Shown here one piece after another: positions 1 to 9,073 of a stretch of 32,100 nt of DNA. The DNA lies in contig CAYTPH010000001.1 of NCBI GenBank assembly GCA_964439635.1, positions 3,969 through 36,068 of the forward strand, given 5' to 3'. The translations under genes and the position numbers were made by a program. The first letter of the stretch is position 1; each line of letters opens with the position of its first letter. Origin of the DNA: an uncultured Terriglobales bacterium. Its GTDB lineage: Bacteria; Acidobacteriota; Terriglobia; Terriglobales; Acidobacteriaceae. The notes beneath the pieces are model-generated. The model saw nothing but the letters and a program-made list of their open reading frames with translations, was not told where the DNA came from and did no database searches.

Positions 1-1
1 G

Positions 2-130
2 ATGCAGGTGAAGGCCAAGGTCATGGGCGTGGTGGTCAACGCCGTCGACCTCCAGTCTCCCGACCTTCATTACTATTACTACGGCTCGAAGTACGGCGGT
101 CACTACTACGAGGAATCCACCCGCAACTGA
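2..130 (+). CDS. C-terminal end of a polysaccharide-biosynthesis tyrosine autokinase (BY-kinase, Wzc/EpsB-like); 5' part lies outside the window
   Basis: Frame 2 is open from the window edge and stops at TGA 128-130: ..KVMGVVVNAVDLQSPDLHYYYYGSKYGGHYYEESTRN*. A C-terminal Tyr cluster is the hallmark of bacterial BY-kinases, and other EPS genes follow. Only 42 aa are visible. Confidence 0.55.
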   Translation: MQVKAKVMGVVVNAVDLQSPDLHYYYYGSKYGGHYYEESTRN

Positions 131-141
131 CCCTGGGAGCC

Positions 142-1443
142 GTGCTGAACCGATCCAGCGCCGACGATCGAGACAGCAACCGCAAGGGGATCCTGCGCAT
201 ACCGCTCCCCTCGGCCCGGACCAAGGCCCTTCTCCTGGGGGCCGGGCTGCTGCTCCTGGGCCTCTACATCGGGCTGGTGGTGCGGATCTACGTGGCGTGG
301 CAATACGCCGCGACCCTCGAAGCCGGCTCCCTCCAGCGCGCCATCGAACTGGAGCCGGGGAACGCATCGCACTACTGGGCCCTGGGCCGGGTCCAATATT
401 TTTCGCAGCAGGACTTCCCCGCCGCCGTGCGCAACTACCAGCGGGCGACCGCATTGCAGCCCGCCATCGCCCGCTATTGGCTGGACCTGGCCGCCGCACA
501 GCAGGTGCTGGGCGACACCGCGGCCCAGGGGAGCGCCTTACAGCACGCCGTCCAGGCCGATCCCACCACACCCGACCTGCTGCGCGAAGCGGCGAATTAC
601 TACCTCGCGCTCGGCGACCGCGAGGAAGCCCTGCGGCTGTTCGGCGTGGTGGTGCGGAATGACCCCGCGGCCGCTTTGTCCTCGCTGGAACTCTGCTGGC
701 GCGCCACTGGCGACGTGGACCTCATCGCCGAGCACGTCCTCCCCCGCAATGCCGACGCCTATCTCGCCTTCCTGAATACGCTGGTCGATCAGAAGCAGAC
801 CGCGGCCGCGTTGCGCCTCTGGCCACGCCTGCTGGCGCTGCGCCAGGACGTCAAACCGCAGGGCACCTTCCGCTTCATCCACTACCTGATCGAGCACGGC
901 GAGGTGCGGCCCGCCTACCAGGCCTGGCGCGACCTGGCGCGCATCAGCCCGGGCTTCGAAGCCTACCTCTCCGACGACAACCTCATCTTCAACGCCGGCT
1001 TCGAGCAGGACATCCTCAACGGCGGCTTCGGCTGGCGCTACCAGTCCAGCAAGCAGGTCGGCCTGGCGATTGATTCCGTGGTCTATCACGGGGGCCGCCG
1101 TTCCCTCGCCGTTTCGTTCCAGGGAGAGCCCGTGGCCGATGCCGGGATCTTCCAGTTCGTGCCGGTGGAGCCCCGAACCTCCTACCGGTTGATCGCGGAT
1201 GTCCGCACCGACCGGTTGGAGGGCGCCAACGCTCCTCGCTTCGGCGTTCGCGATACGTACAGCGGGGCCTGGGTCGCGCAATCGGAGGAGATCCAGGACG
1301 CCTCCGCGTGGAGCACCGTGGTCACCGATTTCAGCACCGGCGCGGATACGCGCCTGGTGGAGCTTCGCCTCGTCCGCCAGCCCGCTCACACCCGCATCCG
1401 CGGGCTGCTTTGGGTGGACGATGTACGGATGGTCAAGCGATGA
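142..1443 (+). CDS. Membrane-anchored TPR-repeat protein with a C-terminal CBM4_9-like (jelly-roll) carbohydrate-binding domain
   Basis: 433-aa ORF with GTG start. It has an N-terminal TM helix (ALLLGAGLLLLGLYIGLVVRIYV) and TPR-like helical repeats (AIELEPGNASHYWALGRV.., ALQPAIARYWLDLAAAQ.., PDLLREAANYYLALGDREEALRLF). The last ~150 aa start NAGFEQDILNGGFGWRY, typical of CBM4_9-type modules. The stop overlaps the next start (ATGA at 1440-1443). Confidence 0.7.
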   Translation: MLNRSSADDRDSNRKGILRIPLPSARTKALLLGAGLLLLGLYIGLVVRIYVAWQYAATLEAGSLQRAIELEPGNASHYWALGRVQYFSQQDFPAAVRNYQRATALQPAIARYWLDLAAAQQVLGDTAAQGSALQHAVQADPTTPDLLREAANYYLALGDREEALRLFGVVVRNDPAAALSSLELCWRATGDVDLIAEHVLPRNADAYLAFLNTLVDQKQTAAALRLWPRLLALRQDVKPQGTFRFIHYLIEHGEVRPAYQAWRDLARISPGFEAYLSDDNLIFNAGFEQDILNGGFGWRYQSSKQVGLAIDSVVYHGGRRSLAVSFQGEPVADAGIFQFVPVEPRTSYRLIADVRTDRLEGANAPRFGVRDTYSGAWVAQSEEIQDASAWSTVVTDFSTGADTRLVELRLVRQPAHTRIRGLLWVDDVRMVKR

Positions 1444-2822
1444 GCATCCGCGAGGAGATCGTCGCGACGGAGATCGTCGTCCCCGCCCCGGCCGACGGCC
1501 GCGCGCACGCCCGCGCCGCGACCCTCAACCGCCTGCTGGTGTATGGCGTCTGCGCTCTGCTCATGTTCGGGCCGCTCGCCTTCGGCGCCACCGAGCTCTG
1601 GTCGCGGACCTTGCTGCAGGTGGGAGCGGCGCTGCTGCTGCTGGCCTGGGTCGGGAAACAAGCGGTCGCCGGGCGCATCAAGCTGCGCCCCAACCCCCTC
1701 TTCTTCCCTATCCTCTTCTTCGCAGGCCTGGTCACCGTCCAGCTTCTATTCGGCGCCACCGCCTACCGGTACGCCACCTACGCGGAAGCCCTGCGCCTGC
1801 TCGCCTGCGCCATGGTCTTCTTCGTGGTCAACCATTGCTTCCGCACCGAAAACGACCTGGGCATCTTCGCCATCGGCTTCTCCGTTTTCGGGTTCGCGGT
1901 CGCCGGCTTCGCCATCGTCCACGGGTTCACCGACGAGGCCGGGCGCCTCTACTGGATCCGCGTGCCCCGCGACCTGGGCTGGACCTACGGCCCTTACGTC
2001 AACCATAACCATTACGCCGGGCTGATGGAGATGCTGGTCCCCATCCCTCTGGTCCTGGCCGTCCGGGGAGAGGTGACGGGGGGCAAGCGGGTGATCGTGG
2101 CTCTGGCCGCCGCGGTCATGGCCGCCTCCATCTTCCTCTCGGGCTCACGGGGCGGGATGGTGGCCTTCGCCGCCCAGGCGGTGTTCCTGGCGCTTTATCT
2201 GTGGCGCAAACGCCGCGGGCGCATGGTGGCCCTGGCGATGGTCGTGACCCTGGCGGTGTTCGCGGCCCTGGTGGCCGGACTGGGGGGCAGCGCCCTGCTC
2301 GACCGCCTGGGCACCTTCTCCGCGACCGAAAAGTACAGCGGCGGCTTCCGTGCCGACATCGTCCGCGATTCCTGGACGATGTGGCGCGAACGTCCCCTGC
2401 TGGGTTGGGGCCTGGGGACTTTCCCCGACGCCTACCCGCGCTTCCGCACCTTCTACACCAATTACTTCGTGAATCATGCCCACAACGACTATCTCGAGAC
2501 GCTGGTCGATACCGGCCTGCTCGGCGGGTTCGCCGTCCTGTGGTTCATCGTGTTGCTCTATCGCGCCGCCTTCCGCCGCCTGCGGGCGCGGGAGTACGGC
2601 ATGATCGGGGCCATGACCCTGGCCGCGCTGCTCGGCTGCACCGGCCTGCTGGTCCACAGCTTCTCCGACTTCAACCTGCACATCCCCGCCAACGCGGCCC
2701 TGTTCTTCGCCCTCTGTGCGCTGGCGACCGCTCGCCTGGAGCGCTCCCACCGCCGAGGGGTCGTCCGCCCCGAACCGCGCCGGCTCTTCCCCGACCATCG
2801 AGGAGAGGTCCTGGACGCGTGA
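1440..2822 (+). CDS. O-antigen ligase / Wzy-type polymerase family integral membrane protein
   Basis: I chose ATG 1440 (MSIREEIV..), which is translationally coupled to the upstream stop, rather than the track start 1308. The protein has about 10-12 hydrophobic helices and the Wzy_C-like motifs GPYVNHNHYAGLMEMLVP and NHAHNDYLETLVDTGLLG. It sits in an EPS context. Confidence 0.8.
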   Translation: MSIREEIVATEIVVPAPADGRAHARAATLNRLLVYGVCALLMFGPLAFGATELWSRTLLQVGAALLLLAWVGKQAVAGRIKLRPNPLFFPILFFAGLVTVQLLFGATAYRYATYAEALRLLACAMVFFVVNHCFRTENDLGIFAIGFSVFGFAVAGFAIVHGFTDEAGRLYWIRVPRDLGWTYGPYVNHNHYAGLMEMLVPIPLVLAVRGEVTGGKRVIVALAAAVMAASIFLSGSRGGMVAFAAQAVFLALYLWRKRRGRMVALAMVVTLAVFAALVAGLGGSALLDRLGTFSATEKYSGGFRADIVRDSWTMWRERPLLGWGLGTFPDAYPRFRTFYTNYFVNHAHNDYLETLVDTGLLGGFAVLWFIVLLYRAAFRRLRAREYGMIGAMTLAALLGCTGLLVHSFSDFNLHIPANAALFFALCALATARLERSHRRGVVRPEPRRLFPDHRGEVLDA

Positions 2823-2828
2823 TAGAAT
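2820..2828 (+). promoter_or_regulatory. Candidate extended -10 promoter element (TGaTAGAAT) overlapping the ligase stop codon and serving the dehydrogenase gene
   Basis: TG-a-TAGAAT lies at 2820-2828, 24 nt upstream of ATG 2853. There is no Shine-Dalgarno in between. The same TGnTA..-type motif recurs at 20324 and 30235(-). Confidence 0.35.
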
Positions 2829-2852
2829 CCGGTACTCTTATCTGGTACACAC

Positions 2853-4214
2853 ATGCATCCTTCTGCTGCCCGAGTCGCGCTTCCCGACGAGTTGATCTCC
2901 AAGATCCAGGCCCGCACGGCGCGTGTCGGGATCATTGGCATGGGCTATGTCGGCCTGCCCCTCGCCCTGCTCTTCAGTGAGCAGAAGTTCCCGGTGTGCG
3001 GTTTCGACATCGACGCCAAGAAGGTGGAAGTTCTCTCCCAGGGCGGGTCCTACATCTACCGCATCCCGGCCGCCGACATCCAGACGGCCCGCGCCCGCGG
3101 CTTCAGCGCCACCGCCAATTACGCCAACGTCGCCGACATGGACGCGGTCATCATCTGTGTCCCGACCCCGCTGAACGAGTATCGCGAGCCCGATCTCAGT
3201 TACATCACCGCGACCGCCGAAGCCATCGCCCCCTACATCCGTCCCGGGCAGCTCATCGTCCTCGAGAGCACCACCTATCCCGGCACCACCCACGAGGTCC
3301 TGGTTCCCATCCTGGAGAAGAAGAACCGTCTCGGCCTGCGAGTGGCGCGCAGCAACGAGCCCGCGGCGGAAGACGTCTTCTACGTCGCCTTCTCTCCCGA
3401 GCGCGAGGACCCGGGCAACGAGACCGTCGCCCGACACGATATCCCCAAGGTGATCGGCGGCTGCGACCCGGCGGCTTCTCGCCTCGCCGCCGCCCTCTAC
3501 GGCTCCATCTTCCGCCGCACCGTCCTGGTCTCCTCGCCCGGCGCCGCGGAGATGACCAAGCTGCTGGAGAACATCTATCGCTGCGTCAACATCGCGCTGG
3601 TGAACGAGCTCAAGCTGCTCTGCCTGCGCATGGGCATCGACATCTGGGAGGTCATCGAGGCGGCCTCCACCAAGCCTTTCGGCTTCCAGCCCTTCTACCC
3701 CGGCCCCGGCCTCGGCGGCCACTGCATCCCCGTCGATCCTTTTTATCTCTCCTGGAAGGCCAAGGAATTCGACTTCCACACCCGCTTCATCGAGTTGGCC
3801 GGCGAGGTCAACACCTCCATGCCGTACCACGTGGTCAGCGCCGTCGCCAACGCTCTCAACCGCCACAAGAAGGCGGTCAACGGCTCGCGCGTCCTGGTGC
3901 TGGGAGTGGCTTACAAGAAGGACATCGACGACCTGCGCGAATCCCCTGCTTTGGCCATCATCGAGTTGTTGAAGCAGGAGGGCGCCGCGGTGGACTACCA
4001 CGACCCTTACTTCCCCTTTGTGGGCAAGGGTCGTAAGTACGATCTGCAGATGAAGTGCGCTTCCCTGGACCGCGTCGGCGACTACGACTGCGTGGTCATC
4101 GTCACCAACCACTCCACCTACGACTACGCCGACATCGTCAAGAGAGCCAGACTGGTGGTGGACACGCGCAACGCGACGCGCGGCATCAAGGCGGACAACA
4201 TCGTCCCCTGCTAG
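2853..4214 (+). CDS. Nucleotide-sugar 6-dehydrogenase (UDP-glucose/GDP-mannose dehydrogenase family; closest in look to the UDP-N-acetyl-hexosamine dehydrogenases WbpA/WbpO/TviB)
   Basis: 453 aa. Rossmann motif VGIIGMGYVGLPLALLF; catalytic region PGPGLGGHCIPVDPFYL; C-terminal UDP-binding domain VLVLGVAYKKDIDDLRESPA. Confidence 0.85.
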   Translation: MHPSAARVALPDELISKIQARTARVGIIGMGYVGLPLALLFSEQKFPVCGFDIDAKKVEVLSQGGSYIYRIPAADIQTARARGFSATANYANVADMDAVIICVPTPLNEYREPDLSYITATAEAIAPYIRPGQLIVLESTTYPGTTHEVLVPILEKKNRLGLRVARSNEPAAEDVFYVAFSPEREDPGNETVARHDIPKVIGGCDPAASRLAAALYGSIFRRTVLVSSPGAAEMTKLLENIYRCVNIALVNELKLLCLRMGIDIWEVIEAASTKPFGFQPFYPGPGLGGHCIPVDPFYLSWKAKEFDFHTRFIELAGEVNTSMPYHVVSAVANALNRHKKAVNGSRVLVLGVAYKKDIDDLRESPALAIIELLKQEGAAVDYHDPYFPFVGKGRKYDLQMKCASLDRVGDYDCVVIVTNHSTYDYADIVKRARLVVDTRNATRGIKADNIVPC

Positions 4215-4241
4215 GGAACGCGCTCCCCACGGCGGCGGCGG

Positions 4242-4646
4242 CTACCAGATCGGCTTGCCGTCCTTCTCCCGGAACATGTAGGTGCTCTGGCCGCGCACGA
4301 TCTGCCGTACCAGGATGGCATCGGCATCGTTCAGCTTCACCTTGGAGCCGGTGACCTCGATCTCGTCGCCCTTCTCGAACCTGATCTCGTACTCCTTCAG
4401 GAACTTGGCCAGGGCGATGTGCAGTTCGGCCGTACCCTCGCCCGTCTTCAAGGTGATGTGCGCGCCCACGCCCCCGCTCACCGGGCACTCGTACTCGGTG
4501 ACCTGCTCGATCACTCCCTTGAGCGTGACCTCGGTCGCCGGGTCGTACTTTACCTTGGGCTTGGGCGCATCCTTGTCGCTGGCGGCTGCGGCCAGCGCCA
4601 GCCCCAGCACCAGGAGGACCAGAAGCGCTTTCCACGCGGGTCTCAT
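4242..4646 (-). CDS. Small exported protein of unknown function (possibly an OB-fold MamS/MamX-like periplasmic domain; tentative)
   Basis: 134 aa. GGAGG lies 5 nt upstream of the ATG. Signal peptide MRPAWKALLVLLVLGLALAAAAS. The mature part alternates beta-strand-like segments (VTLKGVIEQV, HITLKTGEGTAELHIA, GDEIEVTGSKV). The family assignment is from memory only. Confidence 0.65.
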   Translation of the reverse strand: MRPAWKALLVLLVLGLALAAAASDKDAPKPKVKYDPATEVTLKGVIEQVTEYECPVSGGVGAHITLKTGEGTAELHIALAKFLKEYEIRFEKGDEIEVTGSKVKLNDADAILVRQIVRGQSTYMFREKDGKPIW

Positions 4647-4718
4647 GTTCGCCTCCGCTGACCGTAACGTAGCGCGCTCCCAGGGCGCCGTCTGTGACCC
4701 ATATCACGTCCCGCTAGC

Positions 4719-4745
4719 TCACGTGACCCGGTGACGTCCGTCACC
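4719..4745. promoter_or_regulatory. Two palindromic operator-like sites (TCACGTGA; GGTGACG-TC-CGTCACC) in the divergent intergenic region
   Basis: There is a perfect 8-bp palindrome at 4719-4726. There is a perfect 7+7 inverted repeat with a 2-nt spacer at 4730-4745. Both lie between the divergent starts at 4646(-) and 5060(+). Confidence 0.3.
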
Positions 4746-5059
4746 GCTGCGACGTACATCGGCGCGAGCGGTTCCCGTCTTTTGTCCCTTTTTCGCCGGA
4801 TTTCAACCGCCTGCCATCGGGGTTATCACTTCGTAAACACCTGAGTCCTTAACCCCTTAGAGGCCTTTTCTGTGTAGCCTTTTTCCCGGCAAAGTGGTAT
4901 TACTGCGGCCACTTAGCACCCAAATCAGGAAGGTGCAGGCTTCGACCGGGCGCCCGCTTAGGCGACCGGCCGAAGGGGATGGGCTGGTGGAGCGAACGTG
5001 TGCTGCGGTCGGCCGCGTCGGAGTCCGGATTCGTATGCCCGTTCCTCGGAGGAGGGGAA

Positions 5060-8000
5060 ATGAGCCGTCTTACACGCCGCTTCATGCTGGTTGCTGGGCT
5101 TCTGCTGCTCTTGGTCCCGGCTGTGTTCGCCGCTACTCAGAACGCCGTCATTTATGGAACCGTTTATAACGCGGCCGGTAATCCCATGCCGGATGTCAGC
5201 GTCACTCTGGAGAACCCGGCGTTGGGCTTCTCCCGCACCACCGCCACCGGCTCCGACGGCTCCTACAACTTCGCCGAGGTCCCGCCCGCGGACGGCTACA
5301 AGGTGACCGCCCGCCAGGGCGCCAAGACCCTGGACATCCGCGCCGGCATCACCGTCAACGTCGGCGACGAGCGCGTGATCCTGCCCCCGTTGACCGAGCA
5401 GGTGCAGACCGCCACCGGGCCCGCCGAGCCGGTCGCCCCCAAGGTCATGAGCGAGGGCATCCGCACGGAGACGGTCAGCACTTCCATCAGCGGCGTCGTC
5501 ACCGGCGACCAGCTGCGCTCCCTCCCGCTCTACAACCGAAACTTCCTCGTCCTCGGCCTGATCACGCCCAACGTGAAGGACACCGAGGCCGGCTCCGAGC
5601 TGGCGGGCGCCTCCTTCAGCGTCGCCGGCACCCGGCCCAGCCAGAACAGCTTCCTGCTGGACGGCGCCGACAACGTCGCCTCCAGCAGCAACCAGGCCGT
5701 GCCCTTCCAGGTGAACGACGCCATCCAGGAGTTCCGCGTCATTTCCTCCACCGCGAACGCCGAGTATGGCCGCAACCTGGGCGGCACCGTGAACGTGGTC
5801 ACCCGCCGCGGCGGCAACGCCTTCCATGGCAGCGGCTACGGCTACTTCGGCATGGATTCGCTCAACGCCGAAAACCACGTCTCTCTCTATAACGGTTCCA
5901 CCTTCGATAAGGCGGCCGCGTTCGCCGGCCCCACCACCGCGGTGGCGGTGCCCTCCACCAGCGCCGAGTTCTTCACCCCGTTCACCTACAACCAGTACGT
6001 GGCCAACGCCGAAGCCGGGGCCGGCAACCCCGCCTTCCGCTTCTGCACCGACGGCATCGGCAGTGCCGCGGGCACGCCCTGCACCAACGGCGTCAGCGGC
6101 CTGAATACCCGCTTCGATCCCGCCACCCTGCTGGCGCAGCACAACCGCTTCAAGCCCAGCTTCGATTCCAAGCAGTTCGGCATCAACCTGGGCGGCCCCA
6201 TCGCCAAGGACAAGCTGTTCTTCTTCGCCAGCTACGAGGGCACTCGCATCGACAACCCCAACGCCGTGCTGGAGCGCGTCCCCTCGTCCTTCGACCGCAC
6301 CTACGATCCGTTCGCCACCGGCGCTTTCAACTTCGCGCCCACCGACGCCAACTACGTCCTGAACCAGAACATCCTGTCGCTGTTCCCGGCTTCCAACCTC
6401 AACACCATCGCGGATGGCGCGGTACCCGGGGTGCTGGAGTTCTTCCAGGGCGAGGCCCCCAACTACACCAACGTCGACAACATCCTGTTCCGCGCCGACT
6501 ACCGCCGCTCCGAGCAGACCAGCTTCGCCCTGCGTTACGCGGTGCAGTTCCTGAACCAGCTGCACGACGCCACCCTACCCGCGACCGGCTCCTACCCCGG
6601 CAACGGCGCGCTGCGCAACGCCTTCAACCAGAACCTGAGCATCACCTTCTCGCGCTCACTGTCGTCCACCGCCATCAACGAGCTGCGGTTCGGCTTCAAT
6701 CGCTTCGACGTCTCCGAGGAGGCGCAGGACATCGGCTTCGACGCCAGCACGCTGGGCATGCCTGTTACCGCCCTGCCCACCATCCTGCTGAACGGCCTCG
6801 ACACCCAGTACAGCGGCCAGCGACCGCCGGGCGGCACCGGCTTCGCCACCGCCGGCGCCTTCACCACCTGGGTGGACTGCTGCAACATGCTGCCCTGGGC
6901 CGATTTCCGCTTCCCCTTCGCGCGACTGGGAGCGCCGCTGGGCACGCCCGCCGGGCGCCGCGACACCACCTGGTTCGTGGGCGACAGCATCTCCCTCTCC
7001 CGCGGCAAGCACAGCTTCAAGTTCGGCGTCGACTTCCGCAAGCTGGACAACAACGCTTTCAACGGGTCCTTCAACCGCGGCATGATCTACTCCTCGAACA
7101 TCGGCGAGTTCACCAGTGATTCCGAGAGCTGCCACGGCCTGTGCAACAGCGCCTTTGCCTTCCCCTCGTTCGATTTTGCCCAGTTCAATCCCACCTACAG
7201 CGGGCACTTCGATTCGTACGTCGTGTCGGGATACTTCCAGGACACCTTCCGCATCCACCCGCGCGTGACCCTCAACATGGGCCTGCGCTACGACTACTTC
7301 TCGGTGCCCACCGAGGCCAATGACGGCATCTGGAATTTCGATCCTCGTGCCAACGGCCTGGTGCAGCAGAACGGCTCCTCCATCACCGACCCCTACGGCT
7401 ACGCTTGCGGAAGCCCCGCCAGCTGGGACTCGGTCCCGCAGGTCATCCAGGGCTTCCTGGGCTTCGGCTTCGTGTCCGATTGGCAATGCCAGACGTCCCC
7501 CACTGGGGCGCAGAACATCGCCCGCTCGGATAAGAACAATGTAGCCCCGCGTTTCGGCATGGCCATCGACATGTTCGGCAACGGCCGCACCGTGCTGCGC
7601 GGCGCCGTGGGCTGGTTCTACGACCAGACCCCGGTCAGCTATACCCAGCAGCTGATGTTCAACCGGCCCATCCCCTTCTCCGAGCACAACGGCATGCTGG
7701 GGCAGATCGGCTGCCCCACTCCCTGCGCCGTCTCCATCGGCCTGGGCTCGAGCGACATCCTGAACCGCACCTTCCCGGGTTTCTCTCAGTTCTTTAGCGA
7801 CGTCGCCCAACCGTTCACCACCTACGCCCGCGATGTGGACCACTCGGCCACCCCGTTCTCCCGCCAGATCAGCGTCTCGCTGCAGCAGCGTGTGCATGAC
7901 AAGGTCGGGCTCGAGGTCGGCTACGTGAGCACCGTGGCCGAGGACCTGCCGGTCATCTACGACAGCAACTTTGTGAACGAATGGAGCAACGTCGGCTTCC

Positions 8001-9073
8001 AGGGCCTGCTGCTCAGTGGCGACATCAGCCGCGACCTGCTGCGCAGCAACATGCAGCATTTCCCGGTCTTCACCCTCACCAACCAGGCCGAATCGCACTA
8101 TCACTCGCTGATGGCGCGGGCCCGCATCCAGGACTTCCACGGCCTGCGGGTGAACGCCACCTACACCTGGGCCAAGGGCCTGGATAACGCCTCGAACGCC
8201 GTCTATCCGTCGCTGCCCATCGCCCCCCAGAACCTGCTGATCGGCTACCAGGCCTTCGCCAACGGCAACCTGCCGGCGTGGTGCCTGCTGGTGACGCCCA
8301 TCGCCGACCCCAGCCGCACGCCGCTGTGCGCCAAGAGCGTGCCGCTGTTCCCGTTCATCGATTTCAGCAGCGGGGCTGTCACCACCACCGGCGCCGGCCA
8401 GATCCTGGTCAGCCGCTACAACCTGCCCCAGAACCCCCTGAACTTCCTGGTGGACGACTACGGTCCGTCCGACTTCGACGTCCGCCACCGCGTGGTCATC
8501 GACTACACCTGGGACGTCCCCTCGCTGAGCAAGGCCTACGGCCTGCCCAAGTGGATGGACAACTGGACGCTGAGCGGCATTTTCGTGGCCCAGACCGGCC
8601 AGCCCTTCACTATCTTCTCCGGCCCCATCGCCGGCGCCATCACCCAGCGCGGCGACATCGGCGGCACCGTGATCACCGATTTCAGCACCCCGTTCAACAC
8701 CATCCAGTCCACCGACATCATCCTGCCGCAGCAGAGCCTGCTGGCCTGCCCGGCGGCGCAGCTCGGCCTGGGCACCAGCACCTTCCTCCCCCGTCCGGGC
8801 GAGCCTTGCATCGGCCACTCCGGCCGCAACCAGTGGACCGGGCCGGACTTGATCAGCATGAACTTCGCGGTACAGAAGGGGTTCCAGATCTTCGGCGAAG
8901 GCCGCATGCTGATCATGCGCGCCGAGTTCTTCAACATGTTCAACCGCGCCAACTACTACAACCCGATCAGCGCGGCTAGCGACAACGGCTTCACTCCGTC
9001 GGGCGACTTCGGCACCATCAAGTCGGCCCACGAGCCGCGCCAGATCCAGTTGGCGGTGCGCTTTACTTGGTAG
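5060..9073 (+). CDS. TonB-dependent outer-membrane receptor with an N-terminal carboxypeptidase-regulatory-like (CarboxypepD_reg) domain
   Basis: I chose ATG 5060, preceded by GGAGGAGGGG, not the track start 4979. Signal peptide MSRLTRRFMLVAGLLLLLVPAVFA. CarboxypepD_reg-like IYGTVYNAAGNPMPDVSVTLEN...GSYNFAEVPPADGYKVTA. Plug-like segment ISGVVTGDQLRSLPLYNRNF. The long beta-barrel ends in an aromatic residue (..IQLAVRFTW*). 1337 aa. Confidence 0.85.
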   Translation: MSRLTRRFMLVAGLLLLLVPAVFAATQNAVIYGTVYNAAGNPMPDVSVTLENPALGFSRTTATGSDGSYNFAEVPPADGYKVTARQGAKTLDIRAGITVNVGDERVILPPLTEQVQTATGPAEPVAPKVMSEGIRTETVSTSISGVVTGDQLRSLPLYNRNFLVLGLITPNVKDTEAGSELAGASFSVAGTRPSQNSFLLDGADNVASSSNQAVPFQVNDAIQEFRVISSTANAEYGRNLGGTVNVVTRRGGNAFHGSGYGYFGMDSLNAENHVSLYNGSTFDKAAAFAGPTTAVAVPSTSAEFFTPFTYNQYVANAEAGAGNPAFRFCTDGIGSAAGTPCTNGVSGLNTRFDPATLLAQHNRFKPSFDSKQFGINLGGPIAKDKLFFFASYEGTRIDNPNAVLERVPSSFDRTYDPFATGAFNFAPTDANYVLNQNILSLFPASNLNTIADGAVPGVLEFFQGEAPNYTNVDNILFRADYRRSEQTSFALRYAVQFLNQLHDATLPATGSYPGNGALRNAFNQNLSITFSRSLSSTAINELRFGFNRFDVSEEAQDIGFDASTLGMPVTALPTILLNGLDTQYSGQRPPGGTGFATAGAFTTWVDCCNMLPWADFRFPFARLGAPLGTPAGRRDTTWFVGDSISLSRGKHSFKFGVDFRKLDNNAFNGSFNRGMIYSSNIGEFTSDSESCHGLCNSAFAFPSFDFAQFNPTYSGHFDSYVVSGYFQDTFRIHPRVTLNMGLRYDYFSVPTEANDGIWNFDPRANGLVQQNGSSITDPYGYACGSPASWDSVPQVIQGFLGFGFVSDWQCQTSPTGAQNIARSDKNNVAPRFGMAIDMFGNGRTVLRGAVGWFYDQTPVSYTQQLMFNRPIPFSEHNGMLGQIGCPTPCAVSIGLGSSDILNRTFPGFSQFFSDVAQPFTTYARDVDHSATPFSRQISVSLQQRVHDKVGLEVGYVSTVAEDLPVIYDSNFVNEWSNVGFQGLLLSGDISRDLLRSNMQHFPVFTLTNQAESHYHSLMARARIQDFHGLRVNATYTWAKGLDNASNAVYPSLPIAPQNLLIGYQAFANGNLPAWCLLVTPIADPSRTPLCAKSVPLFPFIDFSSGAVTTTGAGQILVSRYNLPQNPLNFLVDDYGPSDFDVRHRVVIDYTWDVPSLSKAYGLPKWMDNWTLSGIFVAQTGQPFTIFSGPIAGAITQRGDIGGTVITDFSTPFNTIQSTDIILPQQSLLACPAAQLGLGTSTFLPRPGEPCIGHSGRNQWTGPDLISMNFAVQKGFQIFGEGRMLIMRAEFFNMFNRANYYNPISAASDNGFTPSGDFGTIKSAHEPRQIQLAVRFTW

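Noticed and set aside
2838-4112. Long antisense or out-of-frame ORFs throughout the track. Examples are 2838-4112(-), 4958-6565(-), 6656-9031(-), 16542-18242(-), 20899-22200(-), 23516-25114(-), 27937-30243(+), and the Arg/Pro-rich alternative frames.
   Set aside because: They show the same high-GC shadow effect. Their compositions are Arg/Gly/Pro/Ala-dominated without recognisable motifs. Each is fully contained within a gene on the other strand or frame that has strong family signatures.
4647-5059. A cobalamin or other riboswitch upstream of the TonB-dependent receptor gene. The corrinoid operon leader at 20241-20341 was also checked.
   Set aside because: I could not find a B12-box-like sequence or the conserved cores of the riboswitch classes that I know. 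Only a generic hairpin is present, and that is reported separately at low interest. A covariance-model scan would be needed to exclude a riboswitch fully.
4979-5059. The upstream track starts at 4979 (TBDR), 9397 (giant protein), 1308 (ligase), 16458 (TPR), 20285 (DUF4440-like), 24280 (MFS) and 27172 (methyltransferase).
   Set aside because: In each case the downstream ATG begins a signal peptide or a conserved N-terminus. Where an SD is visible (5060, 9472, 16515) it precedes that ATG; the 1440 start is translationally coupled to the upstream stop. The upstream extensions are low-complexity, overlap the preceding gene or, for 27172, lie inside a repeat element.
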